Assembly (NCBI GenBank): GCA_963818095.1
Contig: CAWFRA010000001.1
Location: 7,558-71,557 of the forward strand
Direction of reading: 5' to 3'
Source: an uncultured delta proteobacterium
GTDB taxonomy: Bacteria; Desulfobacterota; Syntrophorhabdia; Syntrophorhabdales; WCHB1-27
Length of the DNA stretch: 64,000 nucleotides
Made by a program: the position numbers and the translations under genes. Position 1 is the stretch's first letter, and every line of letters starts with the position of its first letter. Positions 49,569 to 58,903 of this stretch are shown piece by piece. The notes beneath the pieces were generated by a model. The model searched no databases, was not told the origin of the DNA, and was given only the letters and a program-made list of their open reading frames with translations.

Positions 49569-50806
49569 AGCCAACCCATTTTGCGGGCCTGGGCCTTGCC
49601 TCCAGAGGGCATTATCTGATTGCAGGCGTTAAGATACTGCTCGTAAAGGGTACTCGCGGGCTGCCCTGGATTGAAAATATCCACATCATAATCGTGATCA
49701 TCCCCGGTCAGACGCATGACCATGATAGAGTACGGGGCGATCTTCGCAACGACATCAGGCGAAAACGTAATTCTTATCTCGGCCTTGGTCTCATAGTAGA
49801 CCGTGTTAAGTGTGAAGTTGGGTTTGCTCAGAGATAGATTACCAGCGGCGTCATAAACAGTAATGTTTACTACCGGTATGGGATGCGCTGCGGATAGGAA
49901 GGGTTGCGTGCGATTTTTGGCGTCGTCGAGCCGGTGAATGGAAATCCGAAAAACGCCGGGTTTTGATTCACCGCAATCTTGCTGAGAAACACTTCACCGT
50001 TATGGTGCGGCACGATCTGGATGACAAGCGCTTCAGCGGATAAGGTTGCAGGTGACGTTATTGCTTGTTGGGTTCCGGCTTGTGCTTGAGGTACCACCGG
50101 AATTATAGAAAATACCTGCTTCGGGATCGGGCTGGGTGGCCTCGGGTGAGTCCTTGGGAAATAACCCCTGAATAAGCTTCGCCGAGGCGGCCGATGGCGA
50201 CATGGCCGGAGGCGATCCTATTCTCTTTTGGCTGCTTTAGTCTTGTTACGACGTTCTCGTCGAAGATAATGTCCAGCTTCAAGTAGTGCCTCAATCAGCC
50301 TTTTCGTCAAGCTCCTGGGTCATGGAACAAGCGGCGGGTAGTAGCGAAGTCCATGAGGAGAGCGCTTCCTGAAACGTCGTTTCGTCATCTGGCCGATCAA
50401 GCTCGACTTTTACGGCGCCCTCTAAGTTGGTCTCAGTTCCACCAACAGTGAGGTTATGCGATCCTTGGTAACATACTGCATGGCTGTCACCAGAGAAAAG
50501 ATAGAACTTTGGGTGAAATGTAGCGTGGGTGTCGAGTGGAGAACATAGACCTTGCTGAACATCTGCAAATGCAAGCTCTAGTGCTTGCCTGCTCGTTCCT
50601 AAAAGATCGACACCGATGATGGCGTCTATGGTTTTGTTCTTCTGTTTCCACTCCTTTAAAGGCAGAGCAAGGCGAAGCATGGGTCCGCTTTTCGCGAAAG
50701 CAACAGAAAATCGAAACTGGTCGTAATCGGCGGAGTGTAAACAGGCCTTAAGCTCCTGTAAAAAGCGGTGAGTACCATCAAACTGATCAATCGGGCGAAG
50801 AAACAA
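49565..50806 (-). pseudogene. PLD/Nuc-family (HxK) nuclease with a ~200-aa C-terminal extension; candidate BfiI-like type IIS restriction endonuclease with about three frameshifts
   Basis: ORF 50291-50806 has TFHPKFYLF...CYQGSHNLTVGG (HKD motif). Downstream fragments in other frames (..LVIQIVPHHNGEVFLSKIAVNQNPAFFGFPFTG.. and PIPVVNITVYDAAGNLSLSKPNFTLNTVYYETKAEIRITFSPDVV..) run to the TAA at 49565-49567. It is convergent with the methyltransferases and overlaps them. Confidence 0.6.
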
Positions 50807-51210
50807 ATGCGGAAGACGTCAGATCACCGCAAAGCGCCAGAGGCGCTGGCTCTGGGCAGATGAACTAACATCCGGAATTCATCGCGGTTCTTCGCAATAG
50901 ACGCTCGAAGACGGTCATTTCCCATTCCTTCCATCCTTATAGTAGAGTACTTTAAGGGAACTGTTAAGTATTGTAAAGAAAATATTTGGGGGTGCGTCGG
51001 TGTAGCCAGCGGAGAGCCGTCAAGGACGCCCATTAAATTATCAAAGTCTTTTCGTCCTCCTGGCATTTGCAGTTATTACGCCATTATCGGTGGTGAGTCG
51101 CACTCCAAACGAGCTATCCAACTCAGCCACTAGCAGGTGAAAGCAACAATCCATATAGATCGCCCCCGATGTATTACATTCATGTATTACATCACCGCAG
51201 CCGATGAACA

Positions 51211-51250
51211 GCAATAAGGCCGGACCCGTTCTTGGGTCCGGCCTTATTGC
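51211..51250 (-). terminator. Perfect 17-bp hairpin downstream of the beta-propeller lipoprotein gene (no clear U-tract)
   Basis: gcaataaggccggaccc-gttctt-gggtccggccttattgc. Confidence 0.45.
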
Positions 51251-51268
51251 CTATGGCGGTCTTGCCTG

Positions 51269-53401
51269 TTATTGAATGTTGGTGGATGTCGCGAGGAACG
51301 CGGGGTAGCCGCTCGACGTGGCCGAGCCTGCCTGAGTAACCGCCCCTGAAGATTGATCGATCGCATAGGCGGCGACATTGTTGTCGCTGCCGTTTGCCAC
51401 GTAGAGGAAGCGGCCGGTGGCGTCGGTTGCCGCGCTCATGGGCTGGTTGCCCGTAGGGGCAGTCCCGATTGCGCTGAGTGCGCCCGATGACTGGTCGATG
51501 AGGAAGGCCGTGACCAGCCTGGCCGACTGGCTGGCGGCATAGACGAACCGCCCGCTGGGTTCGGTGGTGAGACCGTAAATCCCCGTATGAGCGAAAGTCA
51601 AAACGCTTGTCGAGGCGCCGGTGGAGCGGTTAATGGTAATGATAGAGACGGTGCCGTCGCTGGTGTTCGCCACATAGAGGAAGCGGCCGGACGGGTCGAA
51701 GGCGATGGCACGGGGGCCTCTCCCCACCGAAATGCTCGCAATGGCTGTTAGCGCGCCGGACGACTGGTTGATGGAGAAGAGCAAGACGCTTTGCGAGCCG
51801 CAATTTGCCACGTAGAGGAACCGGCCGGCCGGGTCGATAGCGATGCCGCCCGGCTGGGCCCCCGTCGATAGAGGCGACCCGACCGCAGTGAGGCTGCCGG
51901 AGGTCTGGTCGATGCTGTAAGTCGAGATCGTCGCGCCCGACCAGTTCGTCGCGTAGGCAAACCTGCCGGACGGGTCCACAGCTACGGCCATCGGCGACCC
52001 TCCTCCTCCTACAGACCCGACAGAGGTGAGTACGCCGGTCGCCGGGTCTATCGTATAAGCCGTCACGTTATTGGACGAGAAAGACGCGACATAGGCGAAC
52101 CGCCCGAAGGGGTCCACGGCCACTCCCTCAGGCGAGCTGCCCGTAGATGCAGGCGCGCCGGCGGCGCTGAGCACCCCTGATGACGGGTCAATGGTAAAGG
52201 CGGAGACGTTGTTGCCGGACATGTTCGTCGCGTAAGCGAACCTCGACGAGTAGCCGACGGCGGTCGGGCCGTAAGAAATGGCGATCTGGGAGACATTCGA
52301 GCGGGCGGCAGTCGTCGCAGTCGAAGCAACCGCCCCCGAAGACTGGTTGAGGGAGAAGACGGAGATCGTGTTCGCCGTGCTGTTCGCCGTGTAAAGGAAC
52401 TGGCCGGACGGGTCGATCGTTATGTATCCGGGCCCGCCCCCCGTTGCTACTGTCGTGCCTGTAGAGCTGAGCGCGCCCGTCGACTGGTCCACCTGGTAGA
52501 TGGAAATTGTATTGTCGCCCTGGTTCGTTACGAAGACGAAATGCCCGGCCATGTCGGCGGAAATGTCCGAGGGGCTATTCCCCGTCGAAACGGACGACCC
52601 GACAGGTGTTAAGGCGCCGCTCGCCTGGTCCACTGCATACGACCAGACCTTATCGCTGCTGTCTATCACGTAGACGAAGCTCCCGTTAGCGCTTACGTCG
52701 AGGCTCACGGGGGCTGCCGCCGTTGTCGTCGTGCTCGTTTTATGGACACTGCCTGACGATTGGTCGATGGCATAGACCGATACGCTGTTCGCCGCCTCCG
52801 CAAAATAGAGCCACCTGCCCCCCGGATCGACTGCGAGCCCCACTGCGGACACGGACCCGATGGTCGTCGTACCGGCGGACGTCAGGCTGCCCGTATATGG
52901 GTCGATCCTGAAGGCGGAAATGTTACCGTCGCCGTAGTTTGCCGTGTAAACAAACCGGCCGATAGGGTCTACAGCGATCGATATCGGACCGCCTCCGGTG
53001 GCCGTGGCCGAGCCGGTGGACGTGAGGCGGCCGGTGGTCGGGTCTGCGCTGAAACCGGAGATAGAGTTGTCGGTAAAGTTCCCCACATAGACGAATTGGC
53101 CGGAAGGCGTGACGGTTACCGACCTAGGCCCCGCCCCGGTGCTGACCCAGCCGTTCTGCCGCAGCCTGCCCGACGATGAATCGACCGCAAAAACGGAAAG
53201 CGTATTATCGCCGGCATTGACCGCGTAGGCAAAGCGGGGGTAGACAGGCATAGGGGGCGGCACGGGAGGCGACGGAGAGGGGGTTGGACCCGCAGCACTC
53301 GAGCCGCCGCCTCCACAACCGGCAAGCGCAGCCAGACAAAAACAAAGCAGCAAACAGGCTACACCTAATTTACCCCTCTCGAACACCAAACACCTCCTCA
53401 A
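51269..53401 (-). CDS. Lipoprotein with ~14 lactonase-type beta-propeller blades (two 7-bladed propellers)
   Basis: Lipobox LAALAGCGG. Repeated units of the form GxxPxxIAVDPSGRFLYVANxxxNTISVFxIDxxSGxLT run along the whole 710 aa. Confidence 0.8.
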   Translation of the reverse strand: MRRCLVFERGKLGVACLLLCFCLAALAGCGGGGSSAAGPTPSPSPPVPPPMPVYPRFAYAVNAGDNTLSVFAVDSSSGRLRQNGWVSTGAGPRSVTVTPSGQFVYVGNFTDNSISGFSADPTTGRLTSTGSATATGGGPISIAVDPIGRFVYTANYGDGNISAFRIDPYTGSLTSAGTTTIGSVSAVGLAVDPGGRWLYFAEAANSVSVYAIDQSSGSVHKTSTTTTAAAPVSLDVSANGSFVYVIDSSDKVWSYAVDQASGALTPVGSSVSTGNSPSDISADMAGHFVFVTNQGDNTISIYQVDQSTGALSSTGTTVATGGGPGYITIDPSGQFLYTANSTANTISVFSLNQSSGAVASTATTAARSNVSQIAISYGPTAVGYSSRFAYATNMSGNNVSAFTIDPSSGVLSAAGAPASTGSSPEGVAVDPFGRFAYVASFSSNNVTAYTIDPATGVLTSVGSVGGGGSPMAVAVDPSGRFAYATNWSGATISTYSIDQTSGSLTAVGSPLSTGAQPGGIAIDPAGRFLYVANCGSQSVLLFSINQSSGALTAIASISVGRGPRAIAFDPSGRFLYVANTSDGTVSIITINRSTGASTSVLTFAHTGIYGLTTEPSGRFVYAASQSARLVTAFLIDQSSGALSAIGTAPTGNQPMSAATDATGRFLYVANGSDNNVAAYAIDQSSGAVTQAGSATSSGYPAFLATSTNIQ

Positions 53402-53867
53402 TGATATGGGTTTACCCCCAAGGACATGCCCATCTTTTAATACGGGAAAAAAAGGCAGACAACGTAAAGCGTGTAGTTACAGGATGTTAGCCGGACATGA
53501 GCGCCATAAGGGGGCATTTGGGGACATATGCGCCGGAGAGGGCGGAACGGCGGACCTGCAGAAAGACGGGCCGGTGGACAGCCCTAATAGCTATGGGAAA
53601 AGAAGCTCACGAATCTGTTTCGATCGCATTCGGGCTCGTGGATAGGGTACGTGCGGCGGGTATGAGTGCTTTCAACGGGTCAGAACGTAATCTTCATCGA
53701 CCGTCGTCTTTTTGGGGCGGCGGTCTCCTTCCTGAAGGCGTTTATTGCCCCCTCAACAGAGAAGATGAACGGTTCCAGTGGCAATCGGTGGCAGATATAG
53801 CCCATACCAAGTAAGATTTGGCTCTCTGGTAAACTTCTCTAATTTAAGAACAAAGAAGCAAAGGCTA

Positions 53868-54567
53868 TTACCGTCGCCCGCCCAGGGCCTCATCGCAAAC
53901 CTTCATGCAGACGGAGCAGGTGAGCCCTGCCTGTCGATATGCGCGGCAGGAGAACTTGTTCATGGCATAGACCGTGTCCTTAGCGGGAACCTCCAAAGAT
54001 TTTGCGGGGCAGTGTGTCACACAGGCGCCGCACCCCGAGCAGAGATCGTCGAAGGTGCGGGGCGAGGGCTCCAGGTCGGCCTCAGTGAGCAGGCAGGCGA
54101 GCCTGACCCGTGGCCCAAACTCCTCCGTGATCAGCAGGCTGTGCCAACCGATCTTTCCCATGCCGGCGAGCTCCGCGACGTGCTTGTACGAGATAAGGGC
54201 TTCCAAGAAACGCGGGTCTGTTGGAGCGACGGCGGGAAGGGGCAGGGAGCGATAACCTCGTCGCCGGAAGTGTGCGGCCAGTCTCATGCACTCCCCTGTT
54301 GAGCCTTCCGTTTAGGTACTCCGAATGCACGGGTAGGAGGTCCCCTCCGTGCGCCTCGCCGGCCTCGTTTGAAGGCCTCAGTAGGTCTACGACTTCAGAG
54401 TATATCTCCTTGGCAAAGACGACGACCGACCGCGCAGTGGGCAGGAGGGGATGAACCCTCTTCTCCAACTCCGGGAAACGGGCGCTCTCGATGGTCGTCA
54501 CCCCAGCCAGATCAATCTCGAACCGCGCCTTCATTTCGTCGAGAAAACTCCTGCCGAACGCTTCCAT
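53868..54567 (-). CDS. Fe-S protein related to the epoxyqueuosine-reductase/reductive-dehalogenase family, with one frameshift near 54290
   Basis: 54082-54567 is the N-half. 53868-54287 (..LAGMGKIGWHSLLITEEFGPRVRLACLLT..CSGCGACVTHCP..CSVCMKVC) is the C-half. Confidence 0.55.
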
Positions 54568-54599
54568 TCGTGTCTCCTTGTTCTTCCCTTCCGGGTTTG

Positions 54600-55067
54600 T
54601 CAGTTCTCTGCGTGAAGGATCAGGTTGTCCTTTATATCAATGCAGCCAATCACGCTTTGGGCGGCAGGGCATGAGGCAATGTAGGAGGCAAAAGCATCGC
54701 GGGCCCCTTGCGCCTTTTCGTCTTTTGCCGTAAAGTGGTAATCGACTCGAATCTGAGTGATCTTCAATACTCCGTTAACGTTCTCTATGTCACCCTCTAC
54801 TTCTGCCCGGTAAAGGTCGCCCCTCGTGTCTATCTCTTTTCTGGCCAGCACCGCGGCCAGTGTTCCCATCATTCAGCCGGCCGTAGCGGCGATCATATGA
54901 TCGAGGGTGGCGGGATATTCCTTCTCCGGTTCGACGCCGTAGAACTTCTTGATGCCGCTATGGACGCCGTAATATACCGGCTCATTGAACCCCTCGATGA
55001 CTGCCTTCCTCGTGGGGCCCTTCTCCCTCACGATCCTGATGCGCGATGTGTGGATGACTTCTCCCAA
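54600..55067 (-). CDS. OsmC/Ohr-family peroxiredoxin-like protein with an in-frame TGA (candidate selenocysteine) at the catalytic Cys position
   Basis: ORFs 54873-55067 and 54600-54872 are contiguous in one frame: ..LDHMIAATAG-TGA-MMGTLAAVLA..., plus the resolving-Cys motif YIASCPAAQSV. AAGGAGG lies 4 nt before the TTG start at 55067. Confidence 0.7.
54841..54860 (-). promoter_or_regulatory. Candidate bacterial SECIS hairpin
   Basis: On the mRNA: UGA, 12 nt, then CUGGCC-GCGGUGCU-GGCCAG (6-bp stem, GGU-containing loop). Confidence 0.5.
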
Positions 55068-55079
55068 AGAACCTCCTTT

Positions 55080-55826
55080 TTAATCCCCCCGTACCACCAG
55101 GCGCCTCTTCTGCTGGAAGACGCTCCCCGTTCTTTTCAATTCCTTGAGCGCCCTCGTGACGCTCACCCGGTGGGCGCCAACGAGGAACGCCAGGTCCTCA
55201 TGGGTGAGAGGGAACTCTATGACCAGACCGTCCTGGCTTTTGATCCCGTGTTCCAGCGCCACGTGGCGAAGCACCTGGTACAGGCGCTCGCTCAGGTGGG
55301 TGAGGGACATGCTCTCTATGCGGCTGGACAGAGATGATATGCGCTTGCTCAGATTTCTCATTACCTGAAGTCCGATGCGCGGGTGGTCAAGGACCAGCTT
55401 CTCGAACCCTTCCTTCGTAAATCCGCAGGTCAGGGTCTCCTCCATGCACAATGCCGTCACCGGGTAGACGGTCTCTTCCCCGAGCATGTTCTCGCCCAGG
55501 AAATCGCCCGCTTTCCTTATGTCGAGAGTAAGCTCCGTTGTCTTCAAGGAGTTGCTCAACTTAACCCTCCCTGCCTTGATGAGGAACATCCGGTCGGTAG
55601 GATCGGCCTGAACGAAAATCGGCTGGCCCTGCGCATAGACGTTCCTCGCCGCCGAACCTATGAGGGCCTGCAAATCAGGAGGCTCGAGGCTCTCGAAGAG
55701 CCAGACGCGCCCCAGGCACAACCCCGAACTGGTCCCCGAGACGGGTATCTCGGTGCAAGGGCATAAAGGCTTTTTCTCTCTCACCGGGCCTCCCGCTCCA
55801 TTATAGCACAAGGGCTTGGTCGGCAT
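55080..55826 (-). CDS. Crp/Fnr-family transcriptional regulator with a Cys-rich N-terminus
   Basis: cNMP-binding-like barrel (MFLIKAGRVKL..), C-terminal HTH LTHEDLAFLVGAHRVSVTRALKELK, and N-terminal cysteines (LCYNG..LCPCTE..GLC). Confidence 0.8.
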   Translation of the reverse strand: MPTKPLCYNGAGGPVREKKPLCPCTEIPVSGTSSGLCLGRVWLFESLEPPDLQALIGSAARNVYAQGQPIFVQADPTDRMFLIKAGRVKLSNSLKTTELTLDIRKAGDFLGENMLGEETVYPVTALCMEETLTCGFTKEGFEKLVLDHPRIGLQVMRNLSKRISSLSSRIESMSLTHLSERLYQVLRHVALEHGIKSQDGLVIEFPLTHEDLAFLVGAHRVSVTRALKELKRTGSVFQQKRRLVVRGD

Positions 55827-55851
55827 GACTCGCCTTTCCGCTGCGGTTGGC

Positions 55852-56270
55852 CTATATCGATTTCTCCCAGCCCTGTCCGAAGTCGGCGAAGGGTCTTACC
55901 TCCTGTACCTCAAAGGTGATGGCTGCGTGCATCATGTTCGCGGCGGACTCTCCCGCTTTTGCCCTAAGCTGGGCCTTCAAAGAATCGAGCCTCTCGCCGG
56001 ACGTCTGACACTCAGTCATTCTCAGATAAACCTTACTCCCTTCCATTCGGGCGGGGTCTGACCGGGCTCCATAATAGCGAATAGAGCGTAAGGATTCTCC
56101 TGGAGATAAGAAAAGGTCCGGTTCTTGCCGCAGCCCATGAATATCGTTTTTTCGTCTATCATCTGCGCCGATCCGAAGTAGGCGGCATCTATCTTTCCGT
56201 CCTTGCCCGCAGTGGCAAGAACCCCCAACCGGGGCATCTTGTTGAAATACGCTTTCAGGTCCGTCGACAT
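55852..56270 (-). CDS. Pyridoxamine-5'-phosphate-oxidase-like FMN-binding split-barrel protein with one frameshift near 56030
   Basis: MPRLGVLATAGKDGKIDAAYFGSAQMIDEKTIFMG...EWKGVR, continued in the next frame as VYLRMTECQTSGERLDSLKAQL.. Confidence 0.6.
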
Positions 56271-56837
56271 TGGTTCCTCCTTATAGATAGTGGGCCTGCA
56301 ATCCCATGGATATTATAAACATCGAAAGATCGACGGCGTCTGTAGCGATTGCTACAGCGGTGGGTCCGGAAAAGAAAATTCATGTGAGAGCGGACCAAAA
56401 AAGAAGAATCTAGTCAGATGCTGAAGCAACCGTGAAGGGGGGGAATAGCGGACAGCCGTAAACAAGCAACTCCAAAGGAGATGAGGACTTGGCTCTATAT
56501 GTTGTCTGTCCGGTGGAGGATCGCCCTTTCCTGCGGTAATCCTTGTTCCAGCCTAACCGCCAACTCAACGCCTTGTATATGACATTGACAAGCGGCAGGG
56601 GGTGATAGGATATGCGGATTACGCCTGCGGTGCGGACTCAACGGCATTGTGAAGAAGCGTGTTACCTATCTTACGTCATTCTTTCGTTCGGAATGAGCTG
56701 CGGCGAGGACGGGCCTGTCGGCACGGAGCCGACGAAAAGACACTTACGGAGGAAACGGGAGGGGCCTGTCCGACCGGGACAGGGCAGGGACGTCAGGCAT
56801 CGCGTGGGAGGGACAGGGCAGGCCCCCTTTGTGCCTT

Positions 56838-57164
56838 TTAGTCCATCGACAGATGGGCGGACATCTCCGAGAGCTCGATCTCCGTTACGCCTTCGGGTCC
56901 GTATCGCAGGACCTTGCTTCTGAAGTCTTCCTCGTCGATCTTGCCCCTGACCCACTCGTCCCAGGATTCTTTACGGGCCGAGACGATGGACTCGAAATCT
57001 CCCGATTTGCCGAAGCCGGGCAGCGCCTCATCCTCTATCCAGACGCAGTAGTTGGTCCTCTTCTTTCCCTCTTCCGAGACGACGTAGAAATACTGGAAAT
57101 GCCTGCTCCCCGGCTTCAAACCGTCTTTGATGTCGTAGCTCTTATAAGACCATTCTTGCTCCAT
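56838..57164 (-). CDS. Hypothetical protein
   Basis: 108-aa ORF with ordinary composition and a GGAGGGGAAGG-type RBS region upstream. No motif recognised. Confidence 0.45.
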   Translation of the reverse strand: MEQEWSYKSYDIKDGLKPGSRHFQYFYVVSEEGKKRTNYCVWIEDEALPGFGKSGDFESIVSARKESWDEWVRGKIDEEDFRSKVLRYGPEGVTEIELSEMSAHLSMD

Positions 57165-57710
57165 CCTTCCCCTCCTCTTTTGGGACCGCCGCTTTCAGGC
57201 GCGGACCTTGCGCCGGGTTGAGGCGACCGGTCCGACTCTTTAGCGACGTCGATACCCCTCATTACTCAATGTAATGCCGTCCCCTTCGTGCGGCAATTTG
57301 CGCCCGGCCCTCCGGGTGTGAGCTGCGACGTGCTTCTTTGCAGTCTACAACATGTCGGCGGCCCCTGGTTGACAATTCCGCCTTTCACGCCTAAATTCTC
57401 TCAAGGCTTTTCTTTCGGATGGGAATCCTCAACTTATGGCGACCATGCGGACGCCTTCTTTGCACGTGTAAGCCCCATATCCCCCATCAGGCCGTAATCT
57501 TCAATAATCCACTTGCTTACTTTGCCCCTCCCCTCCTTCCTGTAAGCGCGCAGCGTGTCTTTTTCCCTGTTCCAGCAAGAAATGGCTTGATAGGGTGGGC
57601 GGTGAAATGGTAATCAATACGTAGATGCGCGATCCTGAAGGCGGGATGGGCGATCTGTACCGGGTGTGGGGCACGGCCCGGATTGGAGAACGCGCGGCCC
57701 GGAGGAAAAC

Positions 57711-58475
57711 ATGAAGAAGATACGTACCGCAGTAATGTTCGTCCCAGCCGCGCTCGCCCTGCTCTGCTTCCCCCCCGCCTGCTTCGCGCAGGCGCCGGAG
57801 ATCGAGATGGTCTCCGTTAAGGGCGGGTGCTTCCAGATGGGCGACGTTTTTGACGACGGGTTTGCCGACGAGTCGCCCGTACACGAGGTCTGCGTCGGTG
57901 ATTTCCGGATAGGCAAGTACGAGGTGACCCTGGCCGAGTGGAAGGCGGTGATGGGGAGCGCCCCCGGCAAGCTCACGGGCGACCGCCGCCCCGTAGCCGT
58001 CGTGAGCTGGAACGAGGCCCAGTTGTTCATACAAGCGCTCAATCAGACGACCGGCAAGTCCTACCGCCTCCCCACCGAGGCGGAATGGGAATACGCGGCG
58101 CGCAGCGGAGGCAAAAAGGAAAAATGGTCGGGCACCTCCGATAGTAAGAAGGTCGGGGATTATGCCTGGTATGCCCTGAACAGCGGCAAGAAGAAGACGA
58201 CGCAGGACGTAGGGGCCAAAAAGCCGAACGGCCTCGGCATCTACGACATGAGCGGAAACGTGTGGGAGATGATCCAGGACCGCTACGATCACCTATGGTA
58301 CGAAAGGAGCACCAAGGACAACCCGCAGGGGCCGCCGGAAGGCAGGTCCAGGGCGCTGCGGGGAGGCTCCTTCGCCAACGAGGCAAAGAGCGTCCGCGCC
58401 ATGGAGCGCAGCGGCAACGACCCGAACGGCCGGGATGAAGGCGTCGGCTTCCGCCTGGCCGCACCGGCTAAATAG
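57711..58475 (+). CDS. Secreted formylglycine-generating-enzyme (SUMF1/FGE-sulfatase) domain protein
   Basis: Signal peptide MKKIRTAVMFVPAALALLCFPPACFA. VSWNEAQLFIQALN, YRLPTEAEWEYAAR, GIYDMSGNVWEM, RGGSF, VGFRLA. Confidence 0.85.
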   Translation: MKKIRTAVMFVPAALALLCFPPACFAQAPEIEMVSVKGGCFQMGDVFDDGFADESPVHEVCVGDFRIGKYEVTLAEWKAVMGSAPGKLTGDRRPVAVVSWNEAQLFIQALNQTTGKSYRLPTEAEWEYAARSGGKKEKWSGTSDSKKVGDYAWYALNSGKKKTTQDVGAKKPNGLGIYDMSGNVWEMIQDRYDHLWYERSTKDNPQGPPEGRSRALRGGSFANEAKSVRAMERSGNDPNGRDEGVGFRLAAPAK

Positions 58476-58679
58476 TACCTTAACGCGCTCGTTTTTCCGT
58501 ATGTTATCAAGAACGTATCACATGGTAACGGCTTTATAGGCCGGGGACGGTCCATCTCCCGCCTTTCTTTCGCTTCGATGCGAAGCATCCCCTTGCCGGG
58601 CGCGGATTTGCTTTTACTTGTTATATCGGAACCTTACAGAATCGGGGCAAAAATAGATCGAGGCTCAGGTACTTTTTGC

Positions 58680-58708
58680 TTGACAATACCGGCGCCTCTG
58701 TCTAAATA
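58680..58708 (+). promoter_or_regulatory. Sigma70-like promoter of the M23-bactofilin operon
   Basis: TTGACA (58680-58685), 17 nt, TAAATA (58703-58708). Confidence 0.5.
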
Positions 58709-58714
58709 TATATC

Positions 58715-58903
58715 ACATCCGGCAAGTCTTACTTACTAGTAAGCCCAACTGGGGTCGTTCGGGTCCAGCAGTGTTGGGGAGTCTCGGACTATCCAGAGGC
58801 AGGGGATAAAGCGCTTTACGCGCGTCGGACTCCCTTACGCATAGCCGGAGGCACTAAGGCGGCCGTACTATTAGCACTGTTTTTGGGTTAAAGAAAAGAA
58901 CGA
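58715..58903 (+). promoter_or_regulatory. ~190-nt structured 5' leader; candidate riboswitch/cis-regulatory RNA
   Basis: Hairpin cttact-tact-agtaag. Long-range pairing GGGAGTC(58777..)/GACTCCC(58829..). Repeated GGGG tracts (tGGGGtc, tGGGGag, aGGGGat). It ends ..gccGGAGGcac well upstream of the ATG. Confidence 0.3.

Noticed and set aside
45134-50806. Possibility that queE-queD plus the methyltransferases and nuclease form a Dpd-like 7-deazaguanine DNA-modification/restriction system.
   Set aside because: No tgt/dpdA-like transglycosylase, dpdB/C, queC or folE is present. queDE are separated from the R-M genes by the korB-3' repeat, which suggests an independent insertion. Retained only as a low-probability remark in the queDE finding.
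50824-51066. 80-aa minus-strand ORF upstream of the PLD nuclease, considered as a possible R-M controller (C) protein.
   Set aside because: It has no helix-turn-helix-like segment or recognisable motif, its composition is unremarkable, and it may be non-coding.
51088-51140. tRNA-like fragment at the right edge of the 45-51 kb island. On the minus strand it reads ..GCTAGTGGCTGAGTTGGATAGCTCG.., which resembles an acceptor/D-arm, and ..CACCACCA.
   Set aside because: I could not fold a cloverleaf: there is no anticodon arm, no T-arm (GTTCRANYC), and the putative acceptor strands are not complementary. At most it is a decayed tRNA 5' fragment, too weak to call an att site.
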